Of a stretch of DNA of 33,976 bases, positions 19,407 to 28,582 are shown one piece after another. A model generated the notes under the pieces. It made no database searches, had not been told where the DNA came from, and saw only the letters and a list, made by a program, of their open reading frames with translations. A program made the translations under genes and the position numbers. Each line of letters opens with the position of its first letter. The stretch's first letter is position 1. The DNA comes from Chlamydiales bacterium (GTDB lineage: Bacteria > Chlamydiota > Chlamydiia > Chlamydiales > JBDQID01). The stretch lies in the NCBI GenBank assembly GCA_047611865.1, contig JBLFWS010000018.1, positions 1 to 33,976 of the forward strand, given 5' to 3'.

Positions 19407-22400
19407 ATGTCTACTCTTCGTCCATCCCCACCAAAAAATCAGTCTGGATTGTCTGCGACTGGTCTGGAAGAACTTAACATAAATTTTAGCCAGCCGGGTC
19501 TTCCGTATTGTCCAAGATACGCTCAATTTGCGACGTTTTACTTAAAAGACAGCAAGGGCGATTCAAGCTATAAGTTGTTTATGGAGCTTGCAAAATTAAC
19601 AGATCAGTTTTGCAGGGAAACATCTTATAAAACAGTGGTGATCAGGGGGGTAAGCTTTGATCTATGGAAAAAGTGGAGCGAAAAGAAAACGTCTCAGCTG
19701 CCTTTGGGTATGGGAAATACATCTGTTTTAGAAGAATTAAACCCTCCATTTGCGAAAAGTGATGGTGATCTATGGTGCCATATCAAATCCGATGACCCTG
19801 CTAAGTGTCAGGAGCTATTCCAGATCATTGAAGATTTTCTAAGCATTGTCACAATTAAATGCGTCGCTACTGTTGCAGCCAAAAAAGAGCAAGAGCGCGT
19901 TCTTGGTGGACGCTTTGTGGATGGTGTTACAAATCCGGTAGATCCAGTGAATTTATCTTCTCGTGTCATTGTAGGAGATGAAGATCCTGAACATTTGGGA
20001 GCGGCCTATGCAATTGCCCAGCGTTTTGTACATAACTGGGAAAAACTCGATGACATGCAAGAGACTGCAAAAGAAGATATGATTGGCAGGAAAGAAAATG
20101 AAGTAGTTTTACCAATTGAAGACGAAAGAAGTCATATCAAATGCGTCAGACAAATGGACAAGGAAAGAATCAACTTCAGAATCATGCGTCAAGCAGTGCC
20201 TTACGGACAAAGGGATGGCAATCCTGGACATGAAAAAGGCGTATACTTTGCGGGTTATGCAAAAGAAACTTCTGTTTTTGATGAAGTATTAAGGGGCATG
20301 GCCGGAAACAAAAAAGGCTATATCAAAGACAAGCTGATGAATGTCACTCATAGTGCAGAAGGAAACTTCTGGTACATTCCTTCGGCGAAAGAACTCGAAT
20401 TGAAAGGTCAAGAGGGGGAAGTGAATGTCCCCATGGTCGAATACTTCAATACTAGAAGTAAAAACGACTACATGTTTTATAACACCAAGGACTACCTCAA
20501 AAACGTAAACAAAAGCAAGCTTGTTGAAGATTGTCCGATCAGCAACAGAATCACTCAACTTCTTGGTCTACAGTTTTCCCGATGGCGTGATGGTTGGTAC
20601 AAAAAAATCGAAACTCCACCTTTGGGTCACTTGAAAGATTACGTACTGAAGGAAGAAGAGTACGTATTAGATGGCTCTGCTGCTTTAAGAAAGGGTAAGG
20701 CAATTGAAATCAGCTTGAGTCGTGTACTGATAAGTAAAGAATACAGCAAGCGAGCAAACCTTTATAAGATCCATCCCGCAGAAATCATCGTGGGAAATAT
20801 GCCGCAACTATCTTTGGGAACCGGCTCTCAAGTGATGGAGTATTTAAGAGATGATGAAAAGATTTCCTTCTTCTTTAAGAACCTGAACGAATATTCAGCA
20901 TCGGGACATAACGTTCCAGATTATTCTCTTTTGGTAAAATTAGGTGCAGGTGAACTTAAAAGTCGCTTTGAAGAAAAGCTTAAAACGGCGACAGGGGAAA
21001 AAAAGGATTACTATCAGTCCGTTGTCTGGTCATTGAATGGCTTTTCAAACTTTGTCAGCAGCTACGGTGATCTGGCAATGGAAATGGCAAAAAGTTTGCC
21101 TGAAACAGAAAAAATGGAAATCCAGAATCTTGAAGAAATCTCCCGCAGAATGAAAAAGATAGCGACTAAAAAGCCCGAAGGTTTTTTAGAGTCCCTACAG
21201 CTTATTTTCATCATGAACTGTGCTTTACATCAAATCGGCGAGTCCATGTCCATAGGACGTCTGGATCAATGGCTGATTGACAGCTACAATGAAGATATAT
21301 CAAATGGATTGTTGAACAAAGAAAATGCACAGGAAATCCTCGATGCTTTCTGGCTGAAAATGGACGAGACTGTGCTTTATAACAGCACGCACATGAATGA
21401 CTACTTGAACTACGGAAGTGGTGCAGTTTTTTATTCAGCTGGTAATTTCCCTCAAGGGGCAGCCATGAACCAGTGGGTACAGCAGGTAACGGTGGGTGGA
21501 TACAAAGCAAACAATTCTGCAACACCCGAAGCTGCAAGCAATGATCTAACTGTCATGTGTCTTAGATCTGCTCGTCGTTTACCTATGAATGCACCTTGTT
21601 TATCTTTACGCGTTCATAAAGACATGGACCCCACACTTGTAGAAGAAGCTGCCAAAGCGGTCCTCAGCGGAGGAGCTCACCCGGTGTTGCTTCACGATGA
21701 TAAACTCATTCCTGCACTAAAAGCTAGTGGGCCGATGGATTTGGAAGATGCAAGGGATTACACAAGTGATGGCTGCTATGAACCAATTATTCAGGGTAAA
21801 ACTGAATGGGCATTTAGTTATGTTCCTGTTTTACCAATTGTTGGTATGGCCATGAATCAGGGTGCAACAATTATGGGTGCTGGGCCGACTCACTTGAATG
21901 GTTTAAAAGAAGGCTGGAATTCTCCTGTGGCACAAGACATCAAGAACTTCGATGAGTTCATGGATATCTTCTTTACCCAATGGCGTTGGGCGATGAACAA
22001 GTTCTACAATAGCTTGATGAATGGTTATGGAGATCTTTGGAATGTTTGCCCAAGTCCACTATTTTCTTCCATGGTGCATGATACTCTGGAGACAGGGAAA
22101 GACATGACCAATGGGGGAGCGAGATATCATATCATAGCTCCGATGATGTGCGGCATGGCTAATACCATTGATTCCCTACATTCTATTAATAAAATGGTCT
22201 TTGATAAAGACAGCTGTATTACGACTCTCCCAGAGCTACTACAGACATTGCGTTGCAATTGGGGACAGAACATGATCGAGCCATGGAATAGTTCGATCGC
22301 AGGAGATATGCGAGCAGAAGATAAATCACTACGCTATAAGTCTCTTAGAGACTTTTCTCTGTCACTGAATAAGTTCGGACAGGGAAATGATCCAGAGATT

Positions 22401-23042
22401 GTAGCTCTCGCGGAAAGAGTTGTGCAAGGATGTGTGGATATTATCCATGACTCTTTGGACAATGCGATACCTCCCATAAAAGATGCTTACGAAAAAATTA
22501 AAGAGAAATACAAACTTCCCAACAGGGACTTCGCTTTCACAGTGACCCCAGGTGTGGGTACTTTCGAAGACAATGTAGGCTTGGGAGAGGGCATGGGTGC
22601 ATCCGCTGATGGACGCACAATGGGAACACCAATTGCAGAGGATTTTGCTCCTGCACCATCCCCACAGGATCTTCCCATAGACAATAAGCCTCGCAATATT
22701 TTTAAAGCTTTGAAAGACTGGAACATCGAGGCGATTAATTTGGGTATCTCCAATGCCGCTCCAGTTGATGTAAATATTCATGAAGAATTTCCATTAGAAG
22801 ATTTGTCAAAAGTTATTACTCAATTTGCCAATAGTGAAATTGGCTCGAATATGATGACCATTACATGTGGGGATACATCCACTTTTGAAAAAGCCGCACA
22901 ATTCCCTGAAAGATACGACCTTGTGAGAGTTCGTATGGGGGGATGGAGTGAATTTTTCGTGGCTATGTTTTCCAACCACCAACAACACATCATGCGAAGA
23001 CCTTTCTTCGTTCACCAAGACTGTCCCCATAAGCATCAATAA
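19407..23042 (+). CDS. Dyp-type heme peroxidase fused to a glycyl radical enzyme (PFL-superfamily) domain
   Basis: Aa ~35-330 are DyP: DLWCHI, GRFVDG (GxxDG distal Asp), QRFVHN, IGR, SHIK (proximal His), IMRQAVPYG (distal Arg), YIPS. Aa ~420-1205 are GRE: EIIVG, GHNVPDY, SIGRLDQ, DGCYEP (Cys loop), ASADGR, AAQFPERY, RVRMGGWSEFF (Gly loop). AGGAG RBS. Confidence 0.9.
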   Translation: MSTLRPSPPKNQSGLSATGLEELNINFSQPGLPYCPRYAQFATFYLKDSKGDSSYKLFMELAKLTDQFCRETSYKTVVIRGVSFDLWKKWSEKKTSQLPLGMGNTSVLEELNPPFAKSDGDLWCHIKSDDPAKCQELFQIIEDFLSIVTIKCVATVAAKKEQERVLGGRFVDGVTNPVDPVNLSSRVIVGDEDPEHLGAAYAIAQRFVHNWEKLDDMQETAKEDMIGRKENEVVLPIEDERSHIKCVRQMDKERINFRIMRQAVPYGQRDGNPGHEKGVYFAGYAKETSVFDEVLRGMAGNKKGYIKDKLMNVTHSAEGNFWYIPSAKELELKGQEGEVNVPMVEYFNTRSKNDYMFYNTKDYLKNVNKSKLVEDCPISNRITQLLGLQFSRWRDGWYKKIETPPLGHLKDYVLKEEEYVLDGSAALRKGKAIEISLSRVLISKEYSKRANLYKIHPAEIIVGNMPQLSLGTGSQVMEYLRDDEKISFFFKNLNEYSASGHNVPDYSLLVKLGAGELKSRFEEKLKTATGEKKDYYQSVVWSLNGFSNFVSSYGDLAMEMAKSLPETEKMEIQNLEEISRRMKKIATKKPEGFLESLQLIFIMNCALHQIGESMSIGRLDQWLIDSYNEDISNGLLNKENAQEILDAFWLKMDETVLYNSTHMNDYLNYGSGAVFYSAGNFPQGAAMNQWVQQVTVGGYKANNSATPEAASNDLTVMCLRSARRLPMNAPCLSLRVHKDMDPTLVEEAAKAVLSGGAHPVLLHDDKLIPALKASGPMDLEDARDYTSDGCYEPIIQGKTEWAFSYVPVLPIVGMAMNQGATIMGAGPTHLNGLKEGWNSPVAQDIKNFDEFMDIFFTQWRWAMNKFYNSLMNGYGDLWNVCPSPLFSSMVHDTLETGKDMTNGGARYHIIAPMMCGMANTIDSLHSINKMVFDKDSCITTLPELLQTLRCNWGQNMIEPWNSSIAGDMRAEDKSLRYKSLRDFSLSLNKFGQGNDPEIVALAERVVQGCVDIIHDSLDNAIPPIKDAYEKIKEKYKLPNRDFAFTVTPGVGTFEDNVGLGEGMGASADGRTMGTPIAEDFAPAPSPQDLPIDNKPRNIFKALKDWNIEAINLGISNAAPVDVNIHEEFPLEDLSKVITQFANSEIGSNMMTITCGDTSTFEKAAQFPERYDLVRVRMGGWSEFFVAMFSNHQQHIMRRPFFVHQDCPHKHQ

Positions 23043-23060
23043 AAAAATATGAACAAGGCG

Positions 23061-23097
23061 CCGTCAGGTATTCACTACCTGACGGGTTCTTTAATTT
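23061..23097 (+). terminator. Intergenic hairpin, terminator or attenuator-like
   Basis: Perfect 10-bp stem CCGTCAGGTA-ttcac-TACCTGACGG followed by an interrupted T-rich tract (GTTCTTTAATTT). Confidence 0.6.
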
Positions 23098-23111
23098 TAA
23101 AGAGGTGACAG

Positions 23112-24122
23112 ATGTTACAAGCACTTAATGATTTAAATGCCAGTGCAGTTGACTGGTGGTTTATTTACAAGATGCCCGACAATATTGGGCCTGATTCAGA
23201 CACCAAAGGTGATGAATATCTATACTACGATCCAGAAACAGGAAAAGGATTAACAAAATCTGACAAGGTTTTAGATAAAGGACAAAGCGCACTGGACGTG
23301 ACTTTGGAGCAGGTATTTAATTCAAAAGGAATGGAAGATGGCAATAGCTACATCCTTTATAACGATGAAAAACCCGATTCGGATAAAAACCGTTCCAGCT
23401 GTGGTCACTGTAAAGGGATTTTAGCTTTCAACAAAAAAAATAACACGGGATTCTATCTTCTTCATTCGACACCACGATATCCGCTGGATAAGAAAAGTGA
23501 ACTTCCTAGTAACGAATTAATTTATGGGCAGACCTATATTTGTGTCACTCTCCCAGACTATGAAACAGCCAATCGTATCGCAGAAGTATTGCGCACACAG
23601 CATGAACCACAAGTATACACCACTCATTTAAGTGAAGACATTACGAAAGATGAAAGTGTGTACAAATTGGGTAGTAACAATAACACCCCCGAGCCCGAAG
23701 AACCAACTTTCATTAGCTTCAAATCAAAAGCCGGCAAGGAATTTCAACTGGCTGGAAAAAATCGTAAATGGGGTAAAGATTTCTGGATTGATTTGATAGG
23801 GCCGCATTTGGGTGTAAGTCTGAATGTAGAGAGCTGGAGACGCGGAGCATCTCCCGGAAATGAAGATTCAGATGGTAAAGACGAGACCTTAAATGCTCAA
23901 AACATTGACTTCACATCGGTTGGTTTGAAAGATTACACCTTTCATTACACAAAAGACCATTCCAAATGGGGAGTCAGTACAGATGCAGCAAATCCTTGGG
24001 TTTGTATAGCAGATATTAACCGCATGGTTTCTCAAGAGAAGCGTGGTGGTGGTGCTTTGATTTTTCAAGAAGAACAACTTTGGAAGAATTTGAAATCTGT
24101 AGAAAACACCGATACAAAATAA
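23112..24122 (+). CDS. Deoxyribonuclease II family protein (PLD superfamily)
   Basis: VDWWFIYKMP, YNDE.P, GHCKG (HxK 1), HSTPRYP, YGQTYIC, DHSKW (HxK 2) and WVCIADINR..SQEKRGGGAL. GAGGTG RBS; no signal peptide evident. Confidence 0.92.
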   Translation: MLQALNDLNASAVDWWFIYKMPDNIGPDSDTKGDEYLYYDPETGKGLTKSDKVLDKGQSALDVTLEQVFNSKGMEDGNSYILYNDEKPDSDKNRSSCGHCKGILAFNKKNNTGFYLLHSTPRYPLDKKSELPSNELIYGQTYICVTLPDYETANRIAEVLRTQHEPQVYTTHLSEDITKDESVYKLGSNNNTPEPEEPTFISFKSKAGKEFQLAGKNRKWGKDFWIDLIGPHLGVSLNVESWRRGASPGNEDSDGKDETLNAQNIDFTSVGLKDYTFHYTKDHSKWGVSTDAANPWVCIADINRMVSQEKRGGGALIFQEEQLWKNLKSVENTDTK

Positions 24123-24144
24123 AACGAATATTTCAGGAGAAATC

Positions 24145-25683
24145 ATGACCGATAAACAATATCTGGAAGCCAACGAAAAAGCGCTGGAGAACATAGAGCA
24201 TATTGTGGTTCTAATGCTTGAAAATCGCTCTTTTGACAATTTGCTCGGATGGTTATATGACGGTGTTGAAGTACCCGATGGCCAGATATTTGAGGGATTA
24301 AATGAAAGTATGTGGAATCCCTTGAATAATATAGATACGGATGGAAACCCGTTTGTAGAGAAAGTCTCTGTCGCGAAAAACGGGATGCCTCGTACAATCG
24401 GAAGAAAAAAGAGATCAGTTAAAGAAGATTTTACTCTACCAGCTCCCGATCCAGGAGAGGGCTACAAAGATACCAACGCCCAGCTCTTTGGAGTGTATAA
24501 GGTAGATGACATCTACCCGCCGGCTCCCACAAATATGGGCTTCGTCAACAACTACAAAGATGCCATGCTCTACGGAACATACTCCTTTGGAGATGCTCCC
24601 ACAGATCCAAGAGACATCATGGTTTGCTATACACCGGAACAAACCCCGGTATTGAGCACGCTTGCTAAAGAATTTGCGGTCTGTGACCACTGGCATTGTT
24701 CAGTGCCTTCTCAGACTTTGCCAAACCGTGATTTTGTTCATGCAGCAAGTTCCAGTGGTAATGTGAACAACAAACCTAATGATACATGTAACGCAAGAAC
24801 AGTGTTCAATCAATTGCAAGATGCCATTGATGGCGGGCGTAATGAATTAAGCTGGGGTGTTTATTCCGGCACATCCAAGGGTAAAGCCTTTTCATTGACT
24901 CGTACAATCATGACACAATTGCATGACATCAAATACAACGATAATTTTTATGGTATAGATCAGTTTTATAAAGATGCAAAAGCGGGAAGTCTTCCAAGCT
25001 ACAGCTTTTTAGAGCCGCAGTTTTCAGGACCAGATCAAAATGATCAGCATCCACCACAGGATATTCGTTATGGGGATAAGTTGATTGCCGATGTCTATAA
25101 TGCTGTTTTACAGTCACCCAAATGGGAAAATACTTTGCTTGTAATCACCTATGACGAGCATGGGGGTTGTTTTGATCACGTAGCTCCTCCCAATGGAGCC
25201 AAGTCTCCGATTGAGGGTGCCGGTGAAGATGGCTTTCGTTTCAACCGTTTTGGTGTCAGAGTACCAACTGTTTTAATCTCGCCATTGATCAAAAAAGGCT
25301 GTGTGGCTAGACCTGCTGGCTGGACTCCTTTTGATCACGCATCGGTTATATCGACTGTTAGAAAAACGTTTAAACTGGACAAGCCTTTAAATGCTCGTGA
25401 CGAGGCAGCACCGGATTTGGGTTGTGTGCTGACTCTGACCACAGCAAGAAAAGACAAGCCGGAGGTAAAGCCTTTGGCCCTTCCTAAACAGATTGAATCC
25501 AGTCATGTGAATGACTTACACCGTATGGCGGAAGATGCTTTGCATTCCGTAACGGGTACAAAGCGTAAAGAAGATCATTCGATTCATGATTATATTCATG
25601 AAACTTACCATGATCATTTTTATGCTAAAAAATCCAGCAAGGATGCAACGGATAAACGAGAAGTGGCTGATGTGGGTGCGTAA
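24145..25683 (+). CDS. Phospholipase C / acid phosphatase (phosphoesterase family, PlcH/AcpA type)
   Basis: IEHIVVLMLENRSFD, DPGE, QTLPNR (Thr nucleophile), LPSYSFLEP, DQHP, TYDEHGG.FDHV.PP and GVRVP. AGGAG RBS; no Sec/Tat signal evident. Confidence 0.92.
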   Translation: MTDKQYLEANEKALENIEHIVVLMLENRSFDNLLGWLYDGVEVPDGQIFEGLNESMWNPLNNIDTDGNPFVEKVSVAKNGMPRTIGRKKRSVKEDFTLPAPDPGEGYKDTNAQLFGVYKVDDIYPPAPTNMGFVNNYKDAMLYGTYSFGDAPTDPRDIMVCYTPEQTPVLSTLAKEFAVCDHWHCSVPSQTLPNRDFVHAASSSGNVNNKPNDTCNARTVFNQLQDAIDGGRNELSWGVYSGTSKGKAFSLTRTIMTQLHDIKYNDNFYGIDQFYKDAKAGSLPSYSFLEPQFSGPDQNDQHPPQDIRYGDKLIADVYNAVLQSPKWENTLLVITYDEHGGCFDHVAPPNGAKSPIEGAGEDGFRFNRFGVRVPTVLISPLIKKGCVARPAGWTPFDHASVISTVRKTFKLDKPLNARDEAAPDLGCVLTLTTARKDKPEVKPLALPKQIESSHVNDLHRMAEDALHSVTGTKRKEDHSIHDYIHETYHDHFYAKKSSKDATDKREVADVGA

Positions 25684-25714
25684 GGGATAATTCCTCCTCA
25701 TAGTTAAAAAGTAA

Positions 25715-25757
25715 AAAAATAGGCCGTGCTTGTCATTGACAATCACGGCCTATTTTT
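25715..25757. terminator. Bidirectional intrinsic terminator after the three-gene cluster
   Basis: AAAAATAGGCCGTG-cTTGTCA-t-TGACAAt-CACGGCCTATTTTT. Confidence 0.85.
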
Positions 25758-25927
25758 ATGCCCCCGCATAAACGGGGTACGAAGTCCAACGGTACGAAAA
25801 GTTGCGCTAAGGACCTCAGAACGATTATAGAGTACTTACAGGATTTCATTGCACTCGAATTCAGGTTAATGTCCAAGTCGTAAGTCGAGAAATTGCAGAG
25901 AGGGATTTTTCTTAAAGCAACTTTTCG

Positions 25928-27822
25928 GTGCGCCACGAGGCGTATAATCACTCGCGGCTGAGAGAGCCGCCACAGAAGCACCGACCCAGTGCAATGTGTA
26001 CCGAGTCTTGAGTACATGAAGGTAACAACATGGATTAAGCGTAGACAGGAATGCTGTAGGCCGTAAGCCATAGGCTGAAGTGATTGAGCTCCGTTAACGC
26101 TTATTTTTAGGTGGGGCGATGAGGTCGAAAACTCAGAAGGCAACATCATCCGGACCAGCAATGGGCAAGGTGCGGGTGACCATCTCGGGGTCAGAGAGCA
26201 TGGCATGCAGTAAAAGTGATTATATGAACGTGGGAGATCCTATTCGCTCTTCAAAGTAAGTATGGGAAGACAAGTGTAATAGCAAGGAATTCCAAACGGC
26301 GAATAGGAAGTCAGACAGGGTATAGTACTGTTGAAGCTGAGTAATGTCAGTGGAGGGAAGGCCCTGGGGTAAAATCAACCTTGTAGGAGAAACGTGTGGA
26401 ATCCAACAGAGATCCAATAAGCACGAACACAAAACTGAATAGGATAGCGTGGCTATCGGCTAAAGAACCTGATAAGAAGTTTGATCAACTTATGCATCAC
26501 TTTAATGTAGGTTCACTGGCTGTCTGTTTCCACGAGCTGGATGGAAAGAAGGCCGTAGGGATAGATGGAATTGACAAGGCGCGTTACGGAGAAAACTTGG
26601 ATAACAATCTTGAAGACTTGACCGCACGTATGAAACGTATGGCATACAAGCCAGCGCCTGTGCGACAAGTTCTAATACCAAAGGAAGGAAAGCCTGGGGC
26701 AACCCGTCCATTAGGTATTAGTAACTTCGAAGACAAGCCTGTTCAGAAAATGATGCAGAAGATATTGGAAAGTATCTACGAGCCTCTCTTCTTGAACTGT
26801 TCCTTTGGGTTCAGGCCACGAAGAGGTTGCCACGATGCTATCAGAGCTCTGCATCAACATCTGTATAGGTACGAAATCCAAACAGTGCTGGATGTGGATC
26901 TAGCAAATTTCTTCGGTACAATAGATCACGCGATCCTGCTAAATATGCTAAAGGAGAAAATCAAGGATCAGAAACTGATTCGATATCTCACACGCATGCT
27001 AAAAGCAGGAGTATTATTATCAGGAAATGACTTGACTATGAGTGAGGAAGGGGTTCCGCAGGGTTCTGTGTGCAGTCCCGTCCTTTCTAATATATTTGCG
27101 CACTATGTAATAGACGACTGGTTTGACAAGGTGGTCAAGATACACTGTTGTGGCCAGGTAGAAATGTTTAGATACGCTGATGACCTAGTGGTCTGTTGCC
27201 AATATGAACATGATGCCCGGAAAATTAACAAAGCTCTTAAAGGTAGACTGGAAAGTTCAAACTTCGAATTAATGAAGAGAAAACTAAACTAGTCTCTTTT
27301 AATAAGCGTAACTAGCACAGTGACAATAGACCAAAGGCCTTTGATTTCCTTGGGTTGACATTCTACTGGGGACGCTCTCGAAACAAAGGCGCTATAATTC
27401 GCAAAGTAAAAACAGAGGGGAAACGCCTGCGGAGTAAACTTACGAATGTCAATCTGTGGTGCCGCAAAATTAGAAACAGGTATCGACTACCTGTTGTATG
27501 GAAGCTCTTTTGCTTAAAGTTGGAAGGACATATCAGATACTATGGTATATCAACCAATCTTCAGGCGGTTAAAAAGTTCCGACATCAGACAAGGCGAATA
27601 TTATTTAAACACCTGAATCGTCGTAGCCAACGAAAATCCTGTAATTGGGAGCAGTTTGAAATGTATGAAAAGTTACATCCTCTTCCCAAAGCGAGGATCT
27701 GCCATGCGCTTTTCTGAAAGCCGATAAATACGTGAATGGTTTTATCTTGAGCCCGTTGCGTTAGTTGCGCATGGCGGGTTCTAACGAGGGGGGAGTTTGG
27801 GTGACCAGCTCCTCTACCCTCT
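25928..27822 (+). mobile_element. Group II intron (1895 nt)
   Basis: 5' end GTGCG at 25928. Domain V GAGCCCGTTGCG...GCATGGCGGGTTC at 27749-27781 with the AGC triad. Domain VI has a bulged A at 27816, seventh from the end. Boundaries are independently confirmed because excision restores the 38-bp IR. Confidence 0.92.
26396..27717 (+). pseudogene. ltrA: Group II intron reverse transcriptase/maturase, disrupted, no endonuclease domain
   Basis: AVGIDG, IPKEGK..TRPLGI, SFGFRP, DLANFFGTIDH, GVPQGS..SP.LSN and RYADD; domain X FDFLG and LEGHIRYYG. One-base deletion at about 27252-27254 (restoring LEKFKLRINEEKTK) and an in-frame TAG at 27313-27315. Confidence 0.9.
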
Positions 27823-27891
27823 TGCCGTTGGACTTCACACCCCTATTAGGAGTTTAAAGTAAACTGAAATGCAAATGGAGTAAAATTTATA

Positions 27892-28582
27892 ATGAGTGAC
27901 TCTTTAAATGATAAAATTAAAAAATAGCTCTTTCTATAGATACATCGTCAGAGATAGAAGAGTTATCAATAGGGTTAATAAAAAATATTGATGATGTATT
28001 GGGGATGGATGGTTTGAGTGCTGAAAATGAGTGTCGCCTGATGTATTTTTAGAGGAAATTCATTTTCAAAAGCATTCGATTTAGAGTCTAATGATATTGG
28101 ATCTCCTAGTTGGAGTTCAAAACTTCTAGAAGAGTCGATTAAAAGTTATCAAGTGTGTGTTCAGCATGAAAAAATTCGAAATCTTGATGATGATTTCGTT
28201 TGCTCGGTTCTTACAAATTTTGCAAATACATTAAGTTATATAGGTCGTCTAGTAGAAGCGAATGATTTTTTTGACAAAGCCATTCGTGTTAAAAACCATT
28301 TTGCAATGGGGATTGGAAATAAAGGATTTTTATTAAGAAAATACTCGGACTGGGTTTTTGAAGAGAAGGATAGATTGAGAATTCTACAGGATTCAAAAAA
28401 GTACCTTGAAAGGTCATTGGAGATTATTAAAGGAGAGGAGGTTGTTGAATGCAGCTTTAGAAAATGTTTAAGTTATGTAAATTCAAAGTTAGATGTATCG
28501 AATTCTAAAATAGAATTCATGTCTGAGAGTCAAAATGAGAGCGGGAGAGAAGAAGAAAAAGAATATACAGATTGGTGTGTAA
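27892..28582 (+). pseudogene. Degraded TPR protein, probably LA2681-type HEPN family, truncated by the IS1634-like element
   Basis: GGAG RBS and ATG at 27892, with early frameshifts. TPR motif LTNFANTLSYIGRLVEANDFFDKAI....FAMGIGNKG. Ends at EEEKEYTDWC, a motif I recall just before the HEPN region in this family; IS sequence begins at 28583. AT-rich. Confidence 0.55.

Larger units (their letters stand above)
25774..27843. mobile_element. Tn3-family MITE (175 bp once the intron is removed) with 38-bp terminal IRs
   Basis: Left IR GGGGTACGAAGTCCAACGGTACGAAAAGTTGCGCTAAG (25774-25811). The right IR is 25911-25927 joined to 27823-27843; its reverse complement reads GGGGTGTGAAGTCCAACGGCACGAAAAGTTGCTTTAAG (33/38 identical). 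Both follow the Tn3 pattern GGGG...ACGAAAA...TAAG. Confidence 0.88.

Noticed and set aside
19407..20400. Encapsulin cargo system suggested by the DyP
   Set aside because: No encapsulin shell gene is in the window and there is no recognisable C-terminal targeting peptide.
26091..26105. Candidate EBS2 (CCGTTAACGCTTA)
   Set aside because: Only partly complementary to exon positions -8 to -13 (AAGCAA); it cannot be assigned without folding domain I.
25733..26432. Minus-strand ORFs 25733-26206 and 26220-26432
   Set aside because: They are antisense to intron domains I-III and the MITE, with no protein features.
26396..27292. RT as a retron, DGR or defence-associated RT
   Set aside because: It has a maturase X domain and lies within a group II ribozyme with a GTGCG start and domains V and VI.
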